Virus record (IMG/VR): IMGVR_UViG_3300010282_000326
From: an uncultured virus (IMG/VR IMGVR_UViG_3300010282_000326)
Taxonomy: Duplodnaviria > Heunggongvirae > Uroviricota > Caudoviricetes
Reading direction: 5' to 3' (one strand)
DNA: 58,975 bases
The position numbers and the translations under genes were made by a program. The notes below the pieces were generated by a model. That model was given only the letters and a program-made list of their open reading frames with translations, made no database searches and was not told the DNA's origin. This document shows, piece by piece, positions 27,042 to 37,702 of this stretch. Every line of letters begins with the position of its first letter. Position 1 is the first letter of the stretch.

Positions 27042-30000
27042 ATGTTAGTTGGTAATTTAGTATATAAGTACAAAGATAAATCCTTTAAGTATCAGCTTAA
27101 AGGTATAGATTGCTCAAGTGCTTTATCTCTTAAGATAACATCTATGAATTATGATGCTATTTGCTTTTTAGCAAATGAGAATTATGAAGGAGTAGATGAT
27201 ACCATTTGGGATAGACGCTTTGATGTTGAGCTAAGTTCAGTTAAAGTTGAAACACCTAATCATACAGTTAATGGTAAGACTGTAAAAGAGGATGTAAATA
27301 GTACATTCTTCTGTAGATTGGGTGCTTTAATTCGTTATGCTAAAATGAATTGTATCTTAAATAATCAAGAGGGTTTCTCAGGTTTGCAACTTGCTTCAGG
27401 TGAGTTTGAGGTTTCTGCTGTAAGTAAGTATCATATAAACTTACCAGATTCTAATGTGCATTTTGCAGATGTAACTCTTGATTATGGTGATATTATTGAA
27501 TTACATATAATTACAGATACAGTTGAGTTAAATCTTGTCGATGATAAGGGTGCAGAACTTGAGTTATTCCCAGCTATTAAGAATGGGCAGAAACTTGGTG
27601 TTAAGTTCAATTCTGATTACTTAGGTTTTGAAGTACCAGTACAAAAGATTGATTTAGCTACTGTAAATGGTATGTACACTTGTATAGAAGATATAGTTAA
27701 GGCACATCCAGATAAAGAGTTTAGTTGGCTCTTGGAAAAGGATTATAAAATAGTGTCTGATGATAATCTTGAAGAAATATGTGAGTATATAAGAAACTGG
27801 GATGGATATGTATTTTATGATACAGAGACTACTGGTCTTAATATCACATTCAAGTCAAGAATTGGTCAAGCAGATCAGCTTGTAGGGGTAGTTTTATCTG
27901 TTAAGTATGGGGAGTCATTTTTCTTCCCAACTCAGATGAAGTCTATTCCTAATTTATGTGGTGGAGACCATTGGTACTTCATGGAACATTATATGCGACC
28001 TATACTTGAAGGCAAAGAGTTGGTTGCTCATAATATGTCTTTCGACTGGAAGGTAGCTTATATTTATGATATTAATTGTAATATAGTTCACGATACAATG
28101 GCTCTTATTAAGTTAACAATTGGTGCAGAAAAGAAAAACTATCCGATGGGCTTGAAGGAAAATACTAAGTTATTATTAAATCGTGATTCTCTTGAATTGT
28201 CTGACCTTGTAGTAGATGATTCTTGGGGTGAAAGTAATATCAAATTCTGGGATTTACCTTACGAGCTTGTTAGATTGTATGCTTGTGCCGATACAGATAA
28301 CACGAACGGTTTGTTGGGGTATGCTATTCAGAATGACCTTTTAGCTAAATATAGTGCTAAAAAGGTATATGAGATTGAAATTGCATTTTCTTATGCAGTT
28401 GCATATCAGGAGTTTTATGGGCATCGTATAGATATTCAAAATCTTAATAAAATGCGTGAAGAAATTGGTCAGGAACAGACAAAATATATGAATGAAATGG
28501 TGAAGATGATTGGTCATGAATTTAATCCAAATTCACCAAAGCAGTTACAGCAAGTAATGTATGTAGAACTTGGTATTCCAGAGCAAATTTCAAGAAAGAC
28601 TGGTAGAGTTACTACTGATAAGGAAACATTAAATAAACTTGCTGAGATTACTGATGCTGAAGATAATATCAAGTACCCATTCTGTGTATTACTACAGAAA
28701 TACAGACAAGCAGAAGGGGTACGAAAGATTGTTGATAAGTTCCCAGAGCACATGACAGAAGATGGTTATATCTTTTCTTCTGTTATGCAGTATGGAACAA
28801 CTACTGGTCGAGTTTCTATAAATAATCCTAATTATCAGTCATATAATGACCCAGTTAAGAAAAATGTAGTTCCTAGACCAGGTTTTTGGATGTTTGATAC
28901 AGATTATTCATCTGTAGAATATCGAGTTCTCGGTAATATGGTTGGTAATAAGCGTATTATGGAGTCATTTGAAGACCCAGACTTCGATTATCATGCGTAT
29001 CAGGCAGCTCATATGTATGGAGTTCCTTATTCAGCTGTTACAAAGAAGTTAAGAAAGGCAGCTAAAGGTATTAACTTTGGTTTACCTTATGGTATGGGTG
29101 ATGAGTCACTTGGAGTTAGAGTTTTTGGTGAGGCTAGTCCAGAGAATACTCGTAAAGCAGCAGCACTTAGAGCAGCATACTTTAAAGGTCAGGAAGATAT
29201 TAGAGATTGGTTTGAATATCATCGAAATCGAGGGGTAAATGAAGGTTTTACTGAAACATACTTTGGCAGAAGAAGATATTATCATCGTCAGGATTTCTCA
29301 GCAAATGCTATAAGACGACAAGCAGGTAACCAAGTTATTCAAGGAACTGCAGCAGACATTTATAAAACTGCTGTAGGTAGAGTTTTTAAGAGAATTTGTC
29401 GTGAAGGTTGGCTTGGTAAGGTTATGTTTACTGGTTTCATTCATGATGAGTTACTTGGTGAGGTTAGTAATAGTATAAACCCAGGTGAGTTTCTGAAGGT
29501 TCTTCGTGAGGAATTTGAGGTTAAGATAACTAATCCAGATGGTAGTCCTTGGTGTCCACTTTATATGGGCTTTGGTTATGGTATGTCTTGGTATGAAGCT
29601 AAGTCTGTAGAATTACCTATTAAACTTCAGTGGGAATTTGTTGAGAAGTATGGTGAGACTGGCTTTCCAGAATGGGATGGTGATGGTAGAAAGTTCTGTG
29701 ATACTATACCAGATAAGCTTAGAGATTTTGAAGTTCGTGATATCAGAAATCAGATTCTTGATGCCGATAGTCAGGGTAAGGAAATCAAACCTACTTTAAA
29801 TAACCAAGTTCTTGATTGTGTTAAAGCTGATGCAAAACTTTATACAAAAGGTATCGAGGAATATGCTGATGATATGGGTTGGCGATTAGATACTATGGAA
29901 GAAGTTGATAGTTGGCTATATAATAATAGAGAAGAAATTATTAAGGACTTGGATAAAAAATATCATATTCAGGATTTATATTATTCTGAAAAGGATAATA

Positions 30001-30455
30001 ATGGTTATCCTATATATGAGTTATCTTTTGAGCCAAGTAAAAGTACTCAAGAGGCATTAACACAATTTTGTAAGCTTCATGGGGTAGATAGAGAAAAAGT
30101 TAATCTATTAGATATTGAGGAATATAATGGCTCAGGTGCAGTTGATGCTGATTATAGTATAGAATATGATGAAGATAGTTCTTCAGAAGAGCGTCTTGAA
30201 CATATTAAGAATGTCAAGATAGATACTTTAGGTATGTATGTTGATATTGATAATAAACAGGTAACTTTATTAATGGTGCCTAAGAATTATATGGACTTCA
30301 TTCAAGCTCATGTAAATAGAGACAAAGAAGGATATCAAGTATTCTTTAAGGATGGTTCTACAGGTCAGCTTTATGAATGTCAGGCTTGGTTAACAAGTCA
30401 AGAAATAACTGTTATACAGGATATGTATATAACTTATTTTAAGACTGTGAGGTAG
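27042..30455 (+). CDS. polA: family A DNA polymerase with 3'-5' exonuclease and N-/C-terminal extensions
   Basis: ExoI YDTETTGL, ExoII HNMSFD, ExoIII YACAD; TTTGRVS; motif A DYSSVEYR; motif B RKAAKGINFGLPYG; motif C IHDEL. Confidence 0.95.
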   Translation: MLVGNLVYKYKDKSFKYQLKGIDCSSALSLKITSMNYDAICFLANENYEGVDDTIWDRRFDVELSSVKVETPNHTVNGKTVKEDVNSTFFCRLGALIRYAKMNCILNNQEGFSGLQLASGEFEVSAVSKYHINLPDSNVHFADVTLDYGDIIELHIITDTVELNLVDDKGAELELFPAIKNGQKLGVKFNSDYLGFEVPVQKIDLATVNGMYTCIEDIVKAHPDKEFSWLLEKDYKIVSDDNLEEICEYIRNWDGYVFYDTETTGLNITFKSRIGQADQLVGVVLSVKYGESFFFPTQMKSIPNLCGGDHWYFMEHYMRPILEGKELVAHNMSFDWKVAYIYDINCNIVHDTMALIKLTIGAEKKNYPMGLKENTKLLLNRDSLELSDLVVDDSWGESNIKFWDLPYELVRLYACADTDNTNGLLGYAIQNDLLAKYSAKKVYEIEIAFSYAVAYQEFYGHRIDIQNLNKMREEIGQEQTKYMNEMVKMIGHEFNPNSPKQLQQVMYVELGIPEQISRKTGRVTTDKETLNKLAEITDAEDNIKYPFCVLLQKYRQAEGVRKIVDKFPEHMTEDGYIFSSVMQYGTTTGRVSINNPNYQSYNDPVKKNVVPRPGFWMFDTDYSSVEYRVLGNMVGNKRIMESFEDPDFDYHAYQAAHMYGVPYSAVTKKLRKAAKGINFGLPYGMGDESLGVRVFGEASPENTRKAAALRAAYFKGQEDIRDWFEYHRNRGVNEGFTETYFGRRRYYHRQDFSANAIRRQAGNQVIQGTAADIYKTAVGRVFKRICREGWLGKVMFTGFIHDELLGEVSNSINPGEFLKVLREEFEVKITNPDGSPWCPLYMGFGYGMSWYEAKSVELPIKLQWEFVEKYGETGFPEWDGDGRKFCDTIPDKLRDFEVRDIRNQILDADSQGKEIKPTLNNQVLDCVKADAKLYTKGIEEYADDMGWRLDTMEEVDSWLYNNREEIIKDLDKKYHIQDLYYSEKDNNGYPIYELSFEPSKSTQEALTQFCKLHGVDREKVNLLDIEEYNGSGAVDADYSIEYDEDSSSEERLEHIKNVKIDTLGMYVDIDNKQVTLLMVPKNYMDFIQAHVNRDKEGYQVFFKDGSTGQLYECQAWLTSQEITVIQDMYITYFKTVR

Positions 30456-30459
30456 TATT

Positions 30460-31086
30460 ATGTATTTTATTGATTTGGATAGAGATTTCATTATGAACAA
30501 TTCAGTTCCTAATAATGACTATTATGAATATTGTTTAGGAAATCAGGTTGAGATTACTGGTATAAAGACTAAAAATGCAAATGACTTAATGGCTAGAAAC
30601 TTATCAGCTAAGTTCTTTGAGGATAAGTTTATGTTAAAGTATCAACCTACTAATAAGGTTCTTTTTAGTAAAACTTTATTGGAATCTCAGTCTGAAGAAA
30701 ATTTTACATCTTTTTCTATTGATGAAAAGTCTGGTAGTATTATTATAGGTACACCTGCAGAATTTAAGGCTCAGGACGGAGTTTTGGTTTTCAGTGGCTT
30801 CTTAAGTCTTAATAATCTTGTTGAACAGGATAGACTGATTTATGGAAATGCTAAAAATGAAAGTACCATCAAGAAAAAGGTTCGAGTTCTTTCTGTTGGG
30901 GTACTTGGTAATATGTTATATGCTTTATATTATGTACCGAGTTCTAAAGGTCTTGCAATCGGAGTTAAAGGTGATTCTTGTACTATAGGTATTTCTCCAA
31001 CAACCTTAAAGACTTTGGATTGCAGTAATTTTAAGGGTTTTTCAATCAAAGATTGGTTTGAAAATACAAAGATAAAGGAGATTTAG
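30460..31086 (+). CDS. hypothetical protein
   Basis: 208-aa ORF in operon. Confidence 0.65.
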   Translation: MYFIDLDRDFIMNNSVPNNDYYEYCLGNQVEITGIKTKNANDLMARNLSAKFFEDKFMLKYQPTNKVLFSKTLLESQSEENFTSFSIDEKSGSIIIGTPAEFKAQDGVLVFSGFLSLNNLVEQDRLIYGNAKNESTIKKKVRVLSVGVLGNMLYALYYVPSSKGLAIGVKGDSCTIGISPTTLKTLDCSNFKGFSIKDWFENTKIKEI

Positions 31087-31088
31087 TT

Positions 31089-31469
31089 ATGAGTTTAGGT
31101 TATGAAACCTTTGAAGATAACAGAACTTTTGAACAAGAAGGTTTAACTGGTGAGGTTAAGCGTTATACAACAGAGAATATGGCTTTTCCTTGTTTCATTA
31201 TATGTGCAGATGATGAACATCCAGTTGAGCTTTTTAAGATTCAAATTTTACAGAAAATGTCTGCGAGTGCAGTATCTTTTGATGAGGAGACTTCTAAACT
31301 TGCTATAAATATTTATTATAATCAGGATAACAAAACAATTACTATAACTAAATTGTATCCTAAACAGGTTAAGTCTTTTCTAAAATTATTTGAAAATTGT
31401 CAAATAGATGGCTATTATGATGATGGCACTAAATTAAGTGGAGGTATGCTTTATGTCTTAGCTGAGTAG
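31089..31469 (+). CDS. hypothetical protein
   Basis: AAGGAG RBS. Confidence 0.65.
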   Translation: MSLGYETFEDNRTFEQEGLTGEVKRYTTENMAFPCFIICADDEHPVELFKIQILQKMSASAVSFDEETSKLAINIYYNQDNKTITITKLYPKQVKSFLKLFENCQIDGYYDDGTKLSGGMLYVLAE

Positions 31470-31483
31470 TGGAGGAGTTTATA

Positions 31484-32068
31484 ATGAGAGTTTCAGACCT
31501 TAAGGAAATTTGGGGTATCCCTATAGTAAAGCTCAAGGAATATTGCAAGCGTTATAGATTTTATAATGTTTTATTGATAGTTGCAGATATTATTGCAGTT
31601 GCTGTTTTAACCTTTGTAATGTATAAGCAGAAAAATGATTTTGTAACTTATATATTAGTTATGCTTCTTTTTTGCTTATTGTTTAATTTTGTTTACAATA
31701 CAGTTCTTAACCCTCAAAAGTGGCAAGTTTATAAGTTTTTTATGAATAATAAGCATTGTAGGGTTGAGAAGAAAAAGTACAAAGTTAATGATAAGAATAT
31801 GTTTTCTATCATGTATTGCACTGGGTATAGACGAGTTGTCCCAAATAAAGAAATAGAAGATTATATGGAGTGGCTTGTAAGTGCTTGCAATGAAGATAAT
31901 TATTATGCTAAGAAGGTCATGAAGTACCTCAGTAAATATGAGGATGAGAGTGGTAATCTGATAGCATATATAATGATTAAAGGAAAAAAGCAATATTTCC
32001 TAAATTTTATTTCAGAAGGAGAAGAAAGCGATGGCGATAATAACACAGGAGCAGTTGAAAGCGATTAA
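31484..32068 (+). CDS. membrane protein
   Basis: Two TM helices; ATG at 31484 after GGAGG. Confidence 0.65.
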   Translation: MRVSDLKEIWGIPIVKLKEYCKRYRFYNVLLIVADIIAVAVLTFVMYKQKNDFVTYILVMLLFCLLFNFVYNTVLNPQKWQVYKFFMNNKHCRVEKKKYKVNDKNMFSIMYCTGYRRVVPNKEIEDYMEWLVSACNEDNYYAKKVMKYLSKYEDESGNLIAYIMIKGKKQYFLNFISEGEESDGDNNTGAVESD

Positions 32069-32987
32069 AGCAGGTGATGTAATTAACGGAGTGCTATTAG
32101 TTAAGTCTTATAGTGTTCAGTTAACAAAGAATGGAAAAGAGTATATCATAGGAAATTTGATGTCAGGGGTAGAAGTACCTTTTAAGGCTTGGGATAATTC
32201 TTCAGCATTTCCGAAGTTTAAGAACGAAGAGTATACTGGTGTTCCATCTCTTGTTCAGGGTGTAGTTGAGGCTTATAATGGTCAGCTTAGTATTATGGTT
32301 AATGATGTCAATGCTGTAGAAGGCTTTACACCAGACCAGTTTTTACCAATAAAGTATAATGCTAATGCTTATTGGGATGCACTTACAAAGTTGGTTAAGT
32401 CAAAAGTAAGTGATAAAGCTTACAATCTTCTTGATAAGATTTTCTTTTCTAAAGAGGATATCGTTGAGAGATTTAAGTATGAATTTGCAGCTCAGAGCCA
32501 CCATGATAATTGTAAGTCAGGTCTTTTAGCACATACATATAAGGTTGTTGGTGCTTTATCTTATGTTTTAAATACTTATCAGGGGCTTGTTATGAAGGAT
32601 TCTAAAACTCTTGACACAGACAAAGTTGACTTATTCTATGTTGGTGCTTTATTTCATGATATCGGTAAGATTGATGAGATGAAGTTCGGTATCTATCAGA
32701 GTAAGGCAAGAGTAACTCATAGATTCCTTGGTATCGAGTATTTCGCTGAGTATAAGAATGAGATTATCGAAAGTTATAATGAAGATTGGTATTATAATTT
32801 AGTTAGTATTATTCTACAGCATCATGGTGAGTATGAGGATAAGTGCAGAACAATTTATGCTCAGGTTATTCATTTGGTTGATGTTCTCGATTCAAGTATT
32901 ACAGATATGCTTCAGCTTATGGAAAGTCCACAGACTCAGGATGGGGTATCAAGAATTAAGCTGAATGGTAATTATTTGATGCTATAG
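32031..32987 (+). CDS. YhaM/Cbf1-like OB-fold + HD-domain 3'-5' exonuclease
   Basis: TKNGKEY OB fold, AAQSHHD, GLLAHT, LFHDIGK, ILQHHG, IHLVD. Confidence 0.88.
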   Translation: MAIITQEQLKAIKAGDVINGVLLVKSYSVQLTKNGKEYIIGNLMSGVEVPFKAWDNSSAFPKFKNEEYTGVPSLVQGVVEAYNGQLSIMVNDVNAVEGFTPDQFLPIKYNANAYWDALTKLVKSKVSDKAYNLLDKIFFSKEDIVERFKYEFAAQSHHDNCKSGLLAHTYKVVGALSYVLNTYQGLVMKDSKTLDTDKVDLFYVGALFHDIGKIDEMKFGIYQSKARVTHRFLGIEYFAEYKNEIIESYNEDWYYNLVSIILQHHGEYEDKCRTIYAQVIHLVDVLDSSITDMLQLMESPQTQDGVSRIKLNGNYLML

Positions 32988-32997
32988 GAGGTATGAT

Positions 32998-33093
32998 ATG
33001 AAAGCATTAAAGATTATAGGAAGAATAGCTTTAGCTTTCTTAGGTGTTATGATTTTTAATTATTTGTTATGGGAGGCTGTATCGTATGAATAA
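32998..33093 (+). CDS. 31-aa hydrophobic peptide (absent from the ORF track)
   Basis: AGGAGG RBS; MKALKIIGRIALAFLGVMIFNYLLWEAVSYE; fills the gap between two genes. Confidence 0.55.
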   Translation: MKALKIIGRIALAFLGVMIFNYLLWEAVSYE

Positions 33094-33910
33094 GAAAGTA
33101 GTAATACCTATTGCTGTTGTAGTTAGCTTAATTGTTATTATGTTTATTATTCGAAGTATCAATATGAGTAAGAAGAAAGAACAAGCTGAGGTTGATACTT
33201 CAACTTCAACTACAGCAGTTGAAGCAAATACTGAAACTACTACAGAAAAAGCTTCCGAGACTACAACAGAGTATAAGCCAGGTATGGGGCTTGCTGGAGA
33301 TAAAAATAAGGATGATGGTAGAGTTGAAATTATAACTACAGAAGCTACTACAGAAGTTCAGCATTATGTGCAAGAGAATCCTACTTATCCAGTTTCAGTA
33401 CAGATATTTGACCACACAGGTGTACCAGAAAGAAATATGGATGGTTCTAGTTGTAAGAGTTATTTCAATGCAACTAAGTTATCAGATTATGGTACATATT
33501 GGGGAGGTGACTTAACAGATTCAGATTTCGTAGGTGGAAACAAGTATCTTGTTGGGGTAGACCAGAATAAAGATGATATTGAAATCGGTGATTTGCAATC
33601 AGTAGGTTGGTTGATTGATAATCTTCCTAAAATGAATGCAAATGATGCTATTAAGTTTACAAATCTTCATGTTATTGGAAGTTTAAGTGATAGTCATGTT
33701 GCTTTACTTTGTAGTTATGATTGGTATTCAGCTTTTGGTATGGATGATACATTAGTTATGTTTGAGGATATATCAGGTACATTAAAGACATCAAGTTTTA
33801 GTGATGGTGATATATTTTCAACAACTATCTATAAACATAATATCAAGGTTGTAGATAATGTGAATGGAAAGCGAGTTGTATGTGTTCAATATAATGTTTT
33901 TAACAGATAG
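33086..33910 (+). CDS. membrane-anchored exported protein with TTE-rich linker
   Basis: N-terminal TM helix, T/E-rich stalk, globular C-terminus. Confidence 0.75.
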   Translation: MNKKVVIPIAVVVSLIVIMFIIRSINMSKKKEQAEVDTSTSTTAVEANTETTTEKASETTTEYKPGMGLAGDKNKDDGRVEIITTEATTEVQHYVQENPTYPVSVQIFDHTGVPERNMDGSSCKSYFNATKLSDYGTYWGGDLTDSDFVGGNKYLVGVDQNKDDIEIGDLQSVGWLIDNLPKMNANDAIKFTNLHVIGSLSDSHVALLCSYDWYSAFGMDDTLVMFEDISGTLKTSSFSDGDIFSTTIYKHNIKVVDNVNGKRVVCVQYNVFNR

Positions 33911-33927
33911 TTGAATATGAGTTTAAT

Positions 33928-33957
33928 AAAGGTGATGATTATTTCATCACCTTTTTT
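33928..33957 (+). terminator. intrinsic terminator
   Basis: AAAGGTGATGA/TCATCACCTTT stem followed by a T-run. Confidence 0.8.
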
Positions 33958-33977
33958 AATAGTGAGGAGGGTTTTTA

Positions 33978-35468
33978 TTGTCTAGACTAAAGAAACTTAC
34001 TTTAATTTTAGCATTATTTTTAATGTTATTACCAGCATTACCAGTTTATGCAGATAATACAGAGGGTACTACAGAGGCTACTACAGAAAATAGTATTGCA
34101 GCTCAAGAAAGAAAAAAGGGTGAGGAAGCAGCAGCAAAGCAGAGAAAAGGTAGTGACGGTAGTTGGTGTGGTATATATTGCACTCAGTCATCTATGGGAT
34201 ATGGAGGAGGTTGTACTGGTCTTTCTGTAACATTAATGTTACAGAATAGTGGTACTTTAAAGTCAGATATTCAATTAGCAGATGGCATCTATAAAGATAC
34301 TAGTGATAAAAAATGGCAGGCATATCATAAAGCAGTTACAAGTACTTATACATTATTCACTTCGGATGATTATTATTTAAGTGGTTATGCATCAGACTTA
34401 AGTGGTGGTTTTGATGATGAATTCTGTACTTCTTCTTGGAGCAATCCTAGTTCTGTTAAGTTTAAGGATGAATCGACTTTAGATGGTGATGTAATTTATA
34501 AAGTAAATGGAAAGTATATAGATGAGTTATCGGATACAGAACTAATTCAAGCATTACAGATGCTTTGGAACAATGATTATTATATAATATTAGGTGTAAG
34601 ATATGGAGAAAAGAAAGTACCAAATGCTGATGCAGGTGTAAGTGGTGATGGCTCTGATAATACAAACTCAAGACATTGGGTATTTTTATCTGGAGTTACT
34701 AATGATGATTTTTATATGAATGACCCAGCGTTAGGTCATAATTTGTCTTGGTCAGAAAGTAAACAGAAGCCACAGTCAAATACTAATGTTAAAGATTGGT
34801 CAGAATACCATAGACCTGTACATATAGTTATATGGAAAAATGAAAAGACAAGTGCAAGAAGTCGTTCAGGTAATTATGTTAATATTACAGATGCAGGCGA
34901 TGAAGGAAAAGCTTCTATGACAGAAGATGGAAGTAATGAATTGGGGTACTCTTCAGATGTATTTTTAGGGAATGGTTATTATTCTGAGGAACAGTTGTTT
35001 TCTAAGATGGAAGTTTCCGAAATGCAGATAGTAGATTTTGGAAATTTTGAAGATTTAGGTCAAGATGATAGAGATGCTCTTGACAACTGGAAGATGAATG
35101 TTGAAAAAGAGAAAGAAAAGAACTCGATTAATGCTTGGATTAGACGAATAGTTATGATATTTGGTATTTTAATAACTATTTGGAGTTTGTTGATTTATAT
35201 TGCTTATTGGTTTGATAGGCTAAATAATCTTATAGATTTCTCTTTACTTGAAATTTTAACATTTCAAAGATTATCTTTATCTGATACAGAAGAAACTTGT
35301 ACTTTCAGTTTAAGGCATTTAGGAGAAAAGAAGAGAACTGTAAATCATAGAGCAATAATATTGATTTCAGTTATTGGTATAACTTTTGGAGCATTGTTAA
35401 TAAGTGGGATACTATATAGAATTATATTTATTATTGTACAAAAGGTATTAAATTTGCTATATGGATAA
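33978..35468 (+). CDS. exported paralog 1: C39-like cysteine peptidase domain + conserved C-terminal membrane anchor
   Basis: Signal peptide (VYA-D), Q..GGGC...ML, RHWVFL, YMNDP (Cys-His-Asp); shared two-TM C-terminus. Confidence 0.75.
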   Translation: MSRLKKLTLILALFLMLLPALPVYADNTEGTTEATTENSIAAQERKKGEEAAAKQRKGSDGSWCGIYCTQSSMGYGGGCTGLSVTLMLQNSGTLKSDIQLADGIYKDTSDKKWQAYHKAVTSTYTLFTSDDYYLSGYASDLSGGFDDEFCTSSWSNPSSVKFKDESTLDGDVIYKVNGKYIDELSDTELIQALQMLWNNDYYIILGVRYGEKKVPNADAGVSGDGSDNTNSRHWVFLSGVTNDDFYMNDPALGHNLSWSESKQKPQSNTNVKDWSEYHRPVHIVIWKNEKTSARSRSGNYVNITDAGDEGKASMTEDGSNELGYSSDVFLGNGYYSEEQLFSKMEVSEMQIVDFGNFEDLGQDDRDALDNWKMNVEKEKEKNSINAWIRRIVMIFGILITIWSLLIYIAYWFDRLNNLIDFSLLEILTFQRLSLSDTEETCTFSLRHLGEKKRTVNHRAIILISVIGITFGALLISGILYRIIFIIVQKVLNLLYG

Positions 35469-37017
35469 TAAGATTAAAAAGGGTTTAGTATATTTATTGT
35501 TGTTATTTAGTTTTACTTGTGCTTTTAGTACTTGTAAACTTGTTTATGCTGATAATAAAAAGACTACTGAGTCTAGTGGAAATAAAACTGCAGATGAAGA
35601 AAAGAAAAAAGGTGAATCAAAGTTAACTGGTTGTACTGGTTCTTGGTGCAAGATTGGTTGTAATCAAAAGCCATTACAAACAGCTCTTAATGGAGATGGT
35701 TGGTGTGTTTATACAAGTTTCTTTACTATGTTAGAGAATTCAGGTACTTTAAAAGATGCATATCAACAAAGTGCACCTTTTTACTGTGGATATTCTGATT
35801 CTATTGATACAAGTTGTAAGTATTTTAAAGGTTTTGATGCATTTCATGCACCTATGGCAGGAAGTTGGAGTTTAACAAATGGAGTAACTAACGCAAATAA
35901 TGTGTGTGATAAGGGTACTTGGTCATTAGTTTCAAGTACAACAATGGGAGATTATAAAACAGGAGCAGGTAGTGCAGGAGAATATTTAGTTGAGATAAAC
36001 GGTACTTCTTTAGGTAAGTGTAAAGTAAATACAACAATAAAAGATTTAGTTGCATATTTATACAATAATGGATATTGGGTAATTATAGGTGTAAATAACC
36101 CTAATAATTGGGGAGATTATAACGGACCATCTGGACATACAGCTCGTCATCAGATGTGGGTATGTGGTGTAGATGATAAAGAGATATATGTAAATGATAG
36201 TGGTAATACAAGTGATAATAATGATGGTATTTTTACTTTAGCCGATTATTATAGTGCTGGAACAGTTGTATGTTGGCTTTGTCCAATTAAATGTGATAAA
36301 GTTACTTGGAAGTCTGCTTCTCATGGAGGTGCTGTTTTACCATCAGGTGCTGATAGTAATTCAAGTACAGTTAAAGATGGCGAACATACATATACTAAAG
36401 GTGAAGATGGTAAATGGTATGATGAGAATGGTAATGAAGTAGATGAGTCTACAGTTAATGCAGCAAAAGCAAATGATAACTCATTAGGGGTATCAGGTGC
36501 ACAGTTTATGGGTGAGGGTTATTATTCCGAACAGCAGTTGTTTAGTGGTATGACTCTTATGGAGGCTGATATCTCTGAAATGTTAGATGTAAGTATAGAG
36601 GATTTTGGTCAAGATAACAGAGAAGCACTCGATGATTGGAAAATGAATGTAGAGAAGGAAAGAGAAAAGAACTCAGCTAACGCTTGGGTAAGAAGAATCG
36701 TAATGATTTTTGGAATAATCTTGACTATTTGGATGTTGCTTATCTATATTGCATATTGGTTTGATAGATTAAATAATTTATTAGATTTCTCATTATTAGA
36801 GATTCTTACTTTTCAGAGGTTGTCATTGTCTGATACCGAGGAGACTTGTACCTTTAGCTTAAGAAGTTTAGGTCAAAAGAAGAGAACAGTTAATCATAGG
36901 GCGATATTGCTTATATGTGTAATAGGTTTGGTATTTGGTGCTTTACTTATAAGTGGCACATTATATAAAATAATATTTGTGATAGTGCGTAAAGTATTGA
37001 ATATACTTTATGGATAA
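35461..37017 (+). CDS. exported paralog 2: C39-like cysteine peptidase domain + conserved C-terminal membrane anchor
   Basis: Signal peptide, GWCVYTS..ML, RHQMWV, YVNDSG; shared C-terminus. Confidence 0.72.
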   Translation: MDNKIKKGLVYLLLLFSFTCAFSTCKLVYADNKKTTESSGNKTADEEKKKGESKLTGCTGSWCKIGCNQKPLQTALNGDGWCVYTSFFTMLENSGTLKDAYQQSAPFYCGYSDSIDTSCKYFKGFDAFHAPMAGSWSLTNGVTNANNVCDKGTWSLVSSTTMGDYKTGAGSAGEYLVEINGTSLGKCKVNTTIKDLVAYLYNNGYWVIIGVNNPNNWGDYNGPSGHTARHQMWVCGVDDKEIYVNDSGNTSDNNDGIFTLADYYSAGTVVCWLCPIKCDKVTWKSASHGGAVLPSGADSNSSTVKDGEHTYTKGEDGKWYDENGNEVDESTVNAAKANDNSLGVSGAQFMGEGYYSEQQLFSGMTLMEADISEMLDVSIEDFGQDNREALDDWKMNVEKEREKNSANAWVRRIVMIFGIILTIWMLLIYIAYWFDRLNNLLDFSLLEILTFQRLSLSDTEETCTFSLRSLGQKKRTVNHRAILLICVIGLVFGALLISGTLYKIIFVIVRKVLNILYG

Positions 37018-37036
37018 ATAAAGATTAAAAAGGAGA

Positions 37037-37702
37037 ATGTTAGTTATGAGTCAAAAATTTAAGTTAGTTGTTGTTCTACTTAGTCTTGTAGTGTTTTTAT
37101 CAAAGGGTATGACTATTCATGCTGAAGAATCTCAGAAGTATTTGTTTATTGGAGATTCAAGATTTGTAGGAATGCAGGATTCTTGTCAAAACAAAGAGGG
37201 GTATTCTGATATTACTTGGTTATGTAAAGTAGGTATGGATAGCTCTGGGGTAGATGAAAATTGGGCTACTATTGAGTCAACTCCAAAAGATACGATAATT
37301 ATATATGAAATGGGTATAAATGGTATGGCATTTCAGAATAACCTTGACCAAGTTCAGAGAATAAAGGATTTAGGTTTTAAAGTTTATTATGTAGAAATTG
37401 CACCAGTAGATGAAAGTAAACCAAGTGCATCTAGAACAAGTAAAGATGTAGAGGATTTTAATAGTAAATTAAATTCTTTTGCTAAGGAGATTTATACAGT
37501 AATTCCTTGTTATGATATTCTAAGTGGTAAATTAACTACTTCAGATTATGATGAAATGGGTATTCATTATAATTCTAATGCTTACAGACTTTGGTATGAT
37601 ATTATCTTTGAAGGGTTGAAAGAAAAAGAGCCAGAATGTAAAGGGGTAGTTAATAGTAAACGGCTTAAAGCAATAAATAAACTATTAGGAGTTGATTTTT
37701 AG
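37037..37702 (+). CDS. exported SGNH/GDSL-family esterase
   Basis: Signal peptide; FIGDS (block I), GING (block III), DEMGIHY (block V). Confidence 0.8.
   Translation: MLVMSQKFKLVVVLLSLVVFLSKGMTIHAEESQKYLFIGDSRFVGMQDSCQNKEGYSDITWLCKVGMDSSGVDENWATIESTPKDTIIIYEMGINGMAFQNNLDQVQRIKDLGFKVYYVEIAPVDESKPSASRTSKDVEDFNSKLNSFAKEIYTVIPCYDILSGKLTTSDYDEMGIHYNSNAYRLWYDIIFEGLKEKEPECKGVVNSKRLKAINKLLGVDF

Noticed and set aside
27042..30455. Intein or intron in polA explaining its length
   Set aside because: Core motifs have normal spacing; the extra length is terminal, and no intein splice or homing-endonuclease motifs are seen
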